The translations under genes and the position numbers were made by a program. The notes under the pieces were generated by a model. It did not search any database and was not told the origin of the DNA. It was given only the letters and a program-made list of their open reading frames with translations. Shown here piece by piece: positions 39,484-47,247 of a DNA stretch of 64,000 nt (the first letter of the stretch is position 1; each line of letters starts with the position of its first letter). The DNA comes from Spirochaetia bacterium (GTDB lineage: Bacteria; Spirochaetota; Spirochaetia; SP-2023): the NCBI GenBank assembly GCA_965263295.1, contig OZ253665.1, forward strand, positions 704,001-768,000. The letters run 5' to 3'.

Positions 39484-40772
39484 TGTTAGAAATCAACGCC
39501 GTTACTTTGGCGACAATTTTGTTACTAACCTTGTTATTTTTGAGAGTTCCTGTTTTTGTATCACTATGGGCCGGCTCTATCACGTATTTCATACTTACGC
39601 CAAGTGTCCCTACCCAGATTATAATTCAAAGGGTTATATCAGGAGTAGAAAGTATTCCATTGCTTGCGGTGCCATTCTTTATATTTGCGGGAGTCCTGAT
39701 GAATTATTCAGGAGTTACTCAAAGGATAATGCTCTTTTGTGAAATTCTGCTCATCAAAGTTCCGGGGGGATTGGCACAGGTCAATGTCTTATTGTCAGCT
39801 CTAATGGGAGGTCTATCGGGTTCAAACTTGGCGGATGCGGCTATGCAGGCAAAAATGCTGGTGCCTGAGATGGAGAAAAAAGGTTTTTCAAAGGAATTTT
39901 CAACGGTATTAACAGCGGCTTCAGCTATGATTACTCCACTTATCCCGCCTGGGATTGCAATGATTATTTATGGCTCTATTGCAAATGTATCAATAGGAAA
40001 ACTTTTCATATCGGGAATAGGGCCGGGAGCTTTACTTTGTATAACTATGATGTTCTTGGTATGGATTTTATCTAAAAAGAGAAAATACGCTAAAGCAACT
40101 ATAAATTATACAAAGCAAGATTTTGCAAAAGCTTTTTTAGGTGCCATTCTCCCCCTGAGTTTGCCTGTAATTATTATAGGTGGAATTCGTTTGGGGGTTA
40201 TAACTCCAACAGAAGCGGGGGCCGTCGCTATATTTTATTCCTTGATTCTGGGGATTGCATATAAAGAAATGTCATTAAAAGACATAATTACCGCAATCAA
40301 AGAAACAATAGTGACAACAGCTTCAATAATGTTAATAATTGGAGCTGCAGCTTCTTTTTCCTGGATTTTGACAAGAGAAAGAATCCCGCAAGAATTAACT
40401 GAATTTTTGATGAGTATGATTTCTAATAAATATATATTCTTGATACTCGTTAATTTCTTCCTATTGTTTGTTGGGATGTTTATTGAAGGGAATGCGGCCA
40501 TGATAGTTCTGGTTCCTTTACTTGCACCGGTCGCAAAGGTTTACGGTATAAACGAAATTCAATTTGCAATGATATTTATATTTAATATGGCGATTGGATG
40601 CATCACTCCGCCAATGGGTACACTTATATTTGTGACATGTGGTATAACTAAATGTAAAATTAAAGATTTTATCAAGGAGGCAATTCCTTTCTATATACTT
40701 TTAATAATATGTTTGCTACTTTTAACTTTTGTACCATTATTTTCAACGGGAATTGTAGATTTATTCTATTAA
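39483..40772 (+). CDS. dctM: TRAP transporter large permease
   Basis: LLAVPFFIFAG, GGLSGS, IPPGIAMI, TPTEAG, ITPPMG. Confidence 0.93.
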   Translation: MLEINAVTLATILLLTLLFLRVPVFVSLWAGSITYFILTPSVPTQIIIQRVISGVESIPLLAVPFFIFAGVLMNYSGVTQRIMLFCEILLIKVPGGLAQVNVLLSALMGGLSGSNLADAAMQAKMLVPEMEKKGFSKEFSTVLTAASAMITPLIPPGIAMIIYGSIANVSIGKLFISGIGPGALLCITMMFLVWILSKKRKYAKATINYTKQDFAKAFLGAILPLSLPVIIIGGIRLGVITPTEAGAVAIFYSLILGIAYKEMSLKDIITAIKETIVTTASIMLIIGAAASFSWILTRERIPQELTEFLMSMISNKYIFLILVNFFLLFVGMFIEGNAAMIVLVPLLAPVAKVYGINEIQFAMIFIFNMAIGCITPPMGTLIFVTCGITKCKIKDFIKEAIPFYILLIICLLLLTFVPLFSTGIVDLFY

Positions 40773-40802
40773 AAGATGCCATTTTGAGGGCGCCAGTGGG
40801 TT

Positions 40803-41104
40803 CAACCACGAAAGTGCACGAAGACTGCGAAAGAGAAACCACGAAAAAGTGCACGAAAGGTGGCGAAAGAGGAACCACGAAAAGCACGAAGACGGCGAAA
40901 GGTCACGAAATTTAGGCTGGGGAGCCGTGGGGGGCACATGGTGAGCCATGGGTACATGGGTAGCAGGGAGAAGGCAAAAAAGGATGACGGGAGGCGCGGG
41001 GGCGTTAGGCGGGTGGCGCGGTATTTTAGAATTTTTCGTGTCGTTCGTATTTTTTTAGTGTTCTTCGTGGTTACTCGGCCAAGGACTGTGAAAGGGGAAC
41101 TGTG
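40803..41104 (-). repeat. full copy B of the CACGAA element, inverted relative to copy A, with an expanded terminal arm
   Basis: Reverse complement aligns with 28851-29086, about 10 differences over the first ~80 nt by hand count; three AACCACGAAA.. units at 40804-40900. Confidence 0.9.
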
Positions 41105-41194
41105 GATGGCACGACGGGAGCTCCGACTTGCATTTTGTGCGTTAGCACGGCTATAATCAGGTTGCATATAATTGCATTGAGGAGTCTTTAGACT

Positions 41195-42238
41195 ATGAAA
41201 TTATTGTTTCCCCTGTCACTCATCTTGTTGGTGTTGTTATTATGCCAATGCCGGATGTCTAATTTTTCAACTTTCTCCTACAATGATGACGGCCATATCC
41301 CTAAGGTCCCGACCGTTAAAGTTTCTTCGGCAGACAATCTTTTTGATTCCAACTATGCCGTGCTGCCTCCTGAGACTGCCATAAGTGATGGTTTTGAATT
41401 AAGAGTGAGCGCCGGTACAAAAATTTCTGAAATCAAAGAAATGTTTAAAACCGGGGCCGCGGACGTTTCAGAACCGTCAGTTGTTGGCCCAAGAGGTGAA
41501 ATTCTGGCTGATGATGAAATTATTCATCAAAGTATTGGTAATGGTGAAAGCATTGAACTGCTATTCACCGACCCCAGTGGCGGCAGCTTGAGAGTCAAAG
41601 TGACCGGGTCTTCAGAACTTAAAGAAAGAATTAAGGCGGTCAAAAGTGAATTGCACAAGCTGAAAAATGAAGTTGATAGAACGAAAGATGGATATAAACA
41701 AGCAAGTCCACTCGCTTTGCTCTCTGTGGGGCCAAATGATACTGTTACATTGGAAGACCTGGAACTTGCTAAGAATGATTTTGTCATATCGGGCGAGAGT
41801 CTTGATCAAAAAGCTGAACTAAGTTTTACAGCCTTATCTGGGCTTGATCAGCAAAGCAATGGGGAAGATCACATTAATTTAATTGTTGAGCTAGAGTTAA
41901 ATGGTATTACAGCAAATAAGAAAATAGAAGTTATATATCACTTCAACTTTCAGCCAGATTTAGACAAATTTGAGGATGTCGAATCATCAAAATCTGCAGT
42001 TGTGCTTAAAAGTAGTGTTTTCGACAAAATATTAGACCAGGAGAGTTTTAATATGGAGGAGTTAAGCTATACACCTCCTCAGCTAAGTTCTGGTGTAAAT
42101 ATTATTGATGATTTTGAGGTTGCTGATTACGAGGTTCCAAAAAACAAGATTGAGGTCTACATCCGACTTGAGAAGGGTCTTTGCCCTTCCGATTCTCAAG
42201 CTAAAACTATCACTATCAGTGCAAAAGGCAGTAGCTGA
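41195..42238 (+). CDS. orphan putative lipoprotein
   Basis: GAGGAG RBS; MKLLFPLSLILLVLLLCQC signal. Confidence 0.7.
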   Translation: MKLLFPLSLILLVLLLCQCRMSNFSTFSYNDDGHIPKVPTVKVSSADNLFDSNYAVLPPETAISDGFELRVSAGTKISEIKEMFKTGAADVSEPSVVGPRGEILADDEIIHQSIGNGESIELLFTDPSGGSLRVKVTGSSELKERIKAVKSELHKLKNEVDRTKDGYKQASPLALLSVGPNDTVTLEDLELAKNDFVISGESLDQKAELSFTALSGLDQQSNGEDHINLIVELELNGITANKKIEVIYHFNFQPDLDKFEDVESSKSAVVLKSSVFDKILDQESFNMEELSYTPPQLSSGVNIIDDFEVADYEVPKNKIEVYIRLEKGLCPSDSQAKTITISAKGSS

Positions 42239-42266
42239 ATACCCGTGGCTTTTCTGCCTTGCGCCG

Positions 42267-42295
42267 CGCCGCCTCGTTTGGGGCGGCGTTTTTTT
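42267..42295 (+). terminator. intrinsic terminator
   Basis: CGCCGCC-loop-GGCGGCG-T7. Confidence 0.85.
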
Positions 42296-42322
42296 GTGTT
42301 TTTCGTGTATTTCGTGGTTAGG
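42296..42322 (-). repeat. partial copy (end) of the CACGAA element
   Basis: GTGTTTTTCGTGTATTTCGTGGTTA. Confidence 0.75.
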
Positions 42323-42514
42323 GTGCAAGGGACTCTTAGAGGGTAACAGAGAAGGGGAACTACAATTATATTTTATTAATCAAAAGATATTCCAGACACA
42401 TTGTTTATGAGCACCAAATAGATAAAAAAAAGGGTTCATAGACTTCACAAGTAAACAGGAAAAAGATATTATTAAAAGTATCAAATAATATATAAAATAT
42501 AAAGGAATATAAAT

Positions 42515-42997
42515 ATGGGAGCGATGGGGAAATGGCTGTTCAAGAAGATTAACTCAAAAAGGATATTTGCGGTCCTTGAGACTGAAATAAAGTTGAAAGA
42601 CACTCAAGATTTAACGAACAAAGTTATTGATTTTTGTCAGGAGAATGAATTTTCTAAAAATATGCCCTTAGGAATTGAAGTTTCGACTCCAAACAAATCA
42701 CATGTTTTGTCCAGTGAACAATTTCAGCAAGCGCGCAAAGATCATTTTCAAAATTTACCTAAAAAACCATTTATTAAGTGGGAATTGGGAATAAATAATT
42801 TTTCTAACACGCTTATCACACGAGCTTTTCCGAACGTTAATATGTTAGATAAAAAGAGTTTAATTCTAAGTATTGGCGCTTTAAAAACAAATGGTTTCTC
42901 AACCTTTACACTCGAATTTGAACGCATAGCGTGGTTTGAAACATATGGTTTAATTAGGTTTCTAGAGGAACTAAAGGATTTTTTGGAAAACAATTAG
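42515..42997 (+). CDS. hypothetical protein, possibly a degenerate 2-oxoacid dehydrogenase E2 / CAT-like catalytic domain
   Basis: C-terminal pattern LGINNF...FPNVN...LILSIG...FTLEFER...LIRFLEELKDFLE. Confidence 0.45.
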   Translation: MGAMGKWLFKKINSKRIFAVLETEIKLKDTQDLTNKVIDFCQENEFSKNMPLGIEVSTPNKSHVLSSEQFQQARKDHFQNLPKKPFIKWELGINNFSNTLITRAFPNVNMLDKKSLILSIGALKTNGFSTFTLEFERIAWFETYGLIRFLEELKDFLENN

Positions 42998-43021
42998 ATG
43001 CTTACTTGACTCTATTGAGAG

Positions 43022-43058
43022 AGGCAGAAAAAAAGGACGACGGGAACCAGGAAAGGTA
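43022..43058 (-). repeat. partial copy (core) of the CACGAA element
   Basis: AGGCAGAAAAAAAGGACGACGGGAACCAGGAAAGG resembles 40971-40993 and the reverse complement of about 28953-28984. Confidence 0.65.
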
Positions 43059-43092
43059 AACAGGGGAGCTACGGGAGGAAAATCAAGCACTT

Positions 43093-43296
43093 TTACGCTT
43101 GATCTATAGAAGCTGAAACAGTGGAGATCATGGTCTCTTGTCGTTTGACGTCAAGTATTCCGTGATGCCGGAAAAACTCATCGAGCCGCTGCTGGTGACG
43201 CTTTTCCAAATCTTTTAGCTCCCGCTCGAGGTCTTCCAGCTCGCTACAGCATTCCTGCAATAAAGCCTTGAGCTCTTGTTGTATCAGATCGTTCAT
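43093..43296 (-). CDS. small coiled-coil hypothetical protein
   Basis: GGAG RBS before ATG 43296; heptad-rich 67 aa. Confidence 0.55.
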   Translation of the reverse strand: MNDLIQQELKALLQECCSELEDLERELKDLEKRHQQRLDEFFRHHGILDVKRQETMISTVSASIDQA

Positions 43297-43322
43297 AATT
43301 TTTCTCCGTGCATTCCATGCGT

Positions 43323-44768
43323 TTATGTAGATAATATCACACTGAGCCAGGGCAAGGCAATAAAAGTTGCCGCCGCGCCGCCCAGGGAAACCCCCACAAA
43401 AATAATTAGAGCGTGCCAAATGCGATTCTGGCGGAATTGCCACCACTTTTCCAGCTCTAGTAGATCTTCAATATCTTTGATTCGGGGTTTGCGCAGTAGC
43501 ACTTCGCAAAGAGCGGTCAGCAGTCCCACTGAGATGCTGGGATTTAGGGCGGTAAAGGGCGAAGCGATGATGGCCACGAGAATACTCAAGGGATGGGCCA
43601 GGACGAGTAAGGCTGTCAGGCCCGCCAAGACCGAATGCGAGAGGATCCAGATGCCGATGCCTTGCAGGGCCTTCTCTGTATCGCTAAAGACAAAGCCGGC
43701 AAGCATGATGCCGACGGCGATGGCAGGTAAGACCCAAGGCAGGATTTTAGTCAGGTTCGACTTGTTGGGCGTGAGCAGTAATTCCTCTGTCTGGGGTATC
43801 GGAACACTGCGGCCCGGCCGCAACGCTTGCGCCCGGGCCGCATGCGTATTTGCGTCCATCTTTTTTCCCATTGTGGATTGGCTTTCAGGACTTGTCTTTT
43901 GGGGTTCGCCGGGCATTTTGCCCGCCTCGGCACTCTGCAGCTCAACTGATTCTACGGCGTGATGCGATTGGGGCTGCCGTGACTCTGGCGAGGCTGCCGT
44001 TTGCTGGCTCTCTTGCGCAGCAATAAGCTCCATGACTTGGCAGACACCGCGCAAGTGCCCTGCTCCGAGTACGGCAAAAACATTTTGGCCAGGGGCCGCT
44101 AAAATAGAACGGGCGAGGAAGACATCGCGTTCATCAATCAGACTGCTTTTTATGCTGGGCAAATAGGTGGCAAACTCATTCATCAGATGCTCCAGTGTGT
44201 TGGCCTCCTTGAGATTTTCGATGTCTTCTTCGGAAATTTTCTCATTAGTGGTTAGCGAGGCGACCAAGCCACTGAGCAGTTTGACGCGTTGCCCAAAATT
44301 ACAAGCCGCCCAGGCGCGTTTCAAGGTGATTTCCACCGGGCGATCGACCAATTCTAGATTTATACCGTTTTTATGGGCCAATTCCACGGCGCAAATCATT
44401 TCCTGTCCAGGCTTCATGTTCAGATCGCGGCTGACTCGTCTCTGGAACGAGGCGAGCAGGAGGTTGATTAACAACAGAAGGCCCTTGCCTTCTTTTAAAG
44501 TCTGAAACAGGTCCAGATTCTGCCAGCGTTCTTGTTGCATCAGGTTTTCGTAACGCTGCCGGTCCAGTTCTATGCAGATACAGTCTGGCTTGAGTTCGGC
44601 GATTTTCTCTTCAGTCTGTCTTGCGCTCTGTTCGGACACATGGGCTGTCCCAAGCAAAAATATACGGCGCTCAGTTACCCGGCTGTCTTCTCGGTCTGCC
44701 AAGCTTATTGGGCGAAAGCGTATTTGAGCTTCAATGGAACTAAGATAATCAATCTCAATTGGCTTCAT
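43323..44768 (-). CDS. TraB/GumN (PrgY-like) family protein
   Basis: LLGTAHVS, CIELD, KPGQEM, LIDERD, VLGAGHL, C-terminal TMs. Confidence 0.9.
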   Translation of the reverse strand: MKPIEIDYLSSIEAQIRFRPISLADREDSRVTERRIFLLGTAHVSEQSARQTEEKIAELKPDCICIELDRQRYENLMQQERWQNLDLFQTLKEGKGLLLLINLLLASFQRRVSRDLNMKPGQEMICAVELAHKNGINLELVDRPVEITLKRAWAACNFGQRVKLLSGLVASLTTNEKISEEDIENLKEANTLEHLMNEFATYLPSIKSSLIDERDVFLARSILAAPGQNVFAVLGAGHLRGVCQVMELIAAQESQQTAASPESRQPQSHHAVESVELQSAEAGKMPGEPQKTSPESQSTMGKKMDANTHAARAQALRPGRSVPIPQTEELLLTPNKSNLTKILPWVLPAIAVGIMLAGFVFSDTEKALQGIGIWILSHSVLAGLTALLVLAHPLSILVAIIASPFTALNPSISVGLLTALCEVLLRKPRIKDIEDLLELEKWWQFRQNRIWHALIIFVGVSLGGAAATFIALPWLSVILST

Positions 44769-44801
44769 GGGGGATCCTCAGTAGTGGTTGGGCATTTTCG
44801 C

Positions 44802-47240
44802 TTAAGAGAATGCTTTGGGAGCGGAATTTTCGAGTTCGACAAATTCGGCTTCCAGGCGGCATATGTAATCCGCTGGCAATAGGCTCAGCAAGCAGACATT
44901 GATTAGGCTGTAAAATACTTCGTTGACCCGGGTGATATTCTTGACGCGGAAACTCATTAGGCGCTCTAGGCGCAATTCCAGGGCCAGCAGCTCGGGGTCT
45001 TCCTTGTTGCCCGTGAGATTCAGCGGCAACACCGTATATGGCACTAGGTCAAAATCATCGCCTTCGGCGACAGTAATAATGGCCATGTGATTGCGCGCTG
45101 TTAACAGGCTGTGCAACAGGTTGCGCTTGGCCGTGTAATAGACTCCGCGAGCCTCGCGGAAATGGATGTGCAGTTGACGCAAGTCGGAATTGCAACAAAC
45201 CAGGCGCCGGGAGTTGACAAAGGACTGGGGGCTGGCGGGCCAGTTGTCCCATAAAAAGCTCGCTGGCTTGCCATCCGCGTCGTCGTCTCTCGCCGTTTCT
45301 GTATCGTCCGTCGTGGGGGAGAATTGGGGGAGCGAAATTGCTTTGTCATGCGAGAATTTCCTCAACTTCTCCGAGATGGCATTAATAGGAAAGTCCAGAC
45401 TATTGACAATGGGCTCAGCAATTTCAGGGCAGGCGGCGATGACAGAACCTGTTGCCGCTGCCGTTGTTTGCCGGTTAGACAAATTGCCAACTGAAGCCTT
45501 TGTCGTAAAAGGTTCGCTACAATATATGCCGGCATGATTTAGTCTGTCGCGCCAGAAACTTTGCCGTTCTTCATTTAGGAAAAAAACACCAGGTTGAGGG
45601 TTGCAGAGGATATCGGGGTTCTTTGGATTTTCAAGCAAGCGGCTGATCAGTTCATTGTAACTGGGCTGGCAGACGAGCAAGGCACCTTTGAACAATTGAA
45701 AGCGGGTGCTATCGTTAAACCACTCTTGCCACTGCTGGCGAAAAAATTCAGAAATATGTATGCCATTGTTTTCCAGTTGAGGCAAGTGCTGGATAAATCG
45801 CTCAAATTTTCTTTCTTCGGCGTTAAAATATTGTTGAAAAAGGGCCTTTTCAATCCGGAACAGACTCAGTTCACCAAAGGATTCCAGACGGGCGCAAAGT
45901 AACAGGTCAATATAACTCTCGGGATGGCGCAGGTCACAATACAGCTCCCAGTTGGAACTCAGGCGATTGGATTGGGTATGCCTTGAGCTGGGACCTGTTT
46001 CTGTCCGCTGCGCCTCTGTGCCGAGAATACTTTCGTATAGTCTGGGGTTAAACAGGTAGTAAGCCTCTTGGTTGACTGCGTGGTTGGCTGCGTGGTCGGC
46101 GGCTTTGTCGCAGGGCGGCTGCGTATCTGCCGGACAAAGTATTTGCCAGCGCAACATGGCCGCAATACAGACTGCGGTTTGCCCGGCGGCGAGTCCCATG
46201 CGGGATAGCAGGCGTCGCAGCTGAGAGTCGGGCAGCATCATGTCTGGAGTCCAGATAAATAATAATTGGGCAAAGGCATTCGGGTGCAATCCGACGATGT
46301 GAGCTTGCAACGATAGCAGGCGTTGGTAGTAGGGAGAGCGCCACAGGTGGACAAAATCTTCCCGTGAGAAAACCAATTCTTGTTGCGCACCCTCGCGCAG
46401 CAGGCCACAGGCCTGGCCCATCTGGTTTAGTTCTTGCAGCTGGACTGCGTCGAGTTGCGGAAAGCAGTTCTGGCATTTGGCCAATTGGGCTTTGCTGATT
46501 TTGCGCCTGAAAGGTGAGCTTGTCTGGCCAAAATATAGGGCGCTTGCCAATAACAGCTCTGAGCTGAGTAGCAGTTTGGGGGCATTCTTGCGTAATTCCT
46601 GGCGCTTGGCTTGAGACAGAGCTACGGCTTTAAACAGATGGCTAAAGTCTAAATGTCGCTGTAAGGTGTCAATAAACTGCGGGGCGATCACAAAACTGGC
46701 TCCCCCGGCTACCGTCCCTTGCTTTTCAAACTTGGGTATCAAGTGCAACTGGCTTTCTGTCGCCGGGCGGGCAGCAGCAGGTTCGCGTTGCTTGTATCTA
46801 TCACTTTGCGCATCACCTCGCGGGATTTTTTCAGCCTTATCCATACTGTGACTGGCATGCCTTCTCTTTGGCCTGGGTTCGTCTACCTGTAATACCAGCA
46901 TGCGTTCCTGGAGGTGCAATAACTGCAGGCAAATTTCGATAACACTGTGTTCGGGCAGGCTCGCAGAAAGTTGCTCTATATTGTGTAGCCCCAGGTAGAG
47001 TGAGAGCAATAGTTGCGTATCGAAGTCATTTAAACTCTGTAGGCTGGCGCGCCGGTATTCGTCACGGTTGGCGTGATGCCATAAAGCTTCAATGATCAAT
47101 TCGCGCGAATGAGTCTTTTGTTGGCTGCTCTGGCTGAGATAGAGTCTGGCGAGCAGGTGCAGGCACTCGTCGCCGAGACAGCCAAAGCTCTTGCGCCATG
47201 ACGCTGGTAATTCCTGAAGGCTTTCTTGCCGCTCGGCCAT
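44802..47240 (-). CDS. helicase-associated (XPB partner) protein
   Basis: Co-transcribed with XPB; long helical ORF with a possible WYL-like C-terminus; call rests mostly on synteny. Confidence 0.55.
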   Translation of the reverse strand: MAERQESLQELPASWRKSFGCLGDECLHLLARLYLSQSSQQKTHSRELIIEALWHHANRDEYRRASLQSLNDFDTQLLLSLYLGLHNIEQLSASLPEHSVIEICLQLLHLQERMLVLQVDEPRPKRRHASHSMDKAEKIPRGDAQSDRYKQREPAAARPATESQLHLIPKFEKQGTVAGGASFVIAPQFIDTLQRHLDFSHLFKAVALSQAKRQELRKNAPKLLLSSELLLASALYFGQTSSPFRRKISKAQLAKCQNCFPQLDAVQLQELNQMGQACGLLREGAQQELVFSREDFVHLWRSPYYQRLLSLQAHIVGLHPNAFAQLLFIWTPDMMLPDSQLRRLLSRMGLAAGQTAVCIAAMLRWQILCPADTQPPCDKAADHAANHAVNQEAYYLFNPRLYESILGTEAQRTETGPSSRHTQSNRLSSNWELYCDLRHPESYIDLLLCARLESFGELSLFRIEKALFQQYFNAEERKFERFIQHLPQLENNGIHISEFFRQQWQEWFNDSTRFQLFKGALLVCQPSYNELISRLLENPKNPDILCNPQPGVFFLNEERQSFWRDRLNHAGIYCSEPFTTKASVGNLSNRQTTAAATGSVIAACPEIAEPIVNSLDFPINAISEKLRKFSHDKAISLPQFSPTTDDTETARDDDADGKPASFLWDNWPASPQSFVNSRRLVCCNSDLRQLHIHFREARGVYYTAKRNLLHSLLTARNHMAIITVAEGDDFDLVPYTVLPLNLTGNKEDPELLALELRLERLMSFRVKNITRVNEVFYSLINVCLLSLLPADYICRLEAEFVELENSAPKAFS

Positions 47241-47247
47241 GATTGTC

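Noticed and set aside
40803..40912. CRISPR array
   Set aside because: Short degenerate units with no unique spacers, and no cas genes in the window
40709..41167. Several ORFs over repeat copy B, and 28926-29162 over copy A
   Set aside because: Low-complexity translations of the non-coding element
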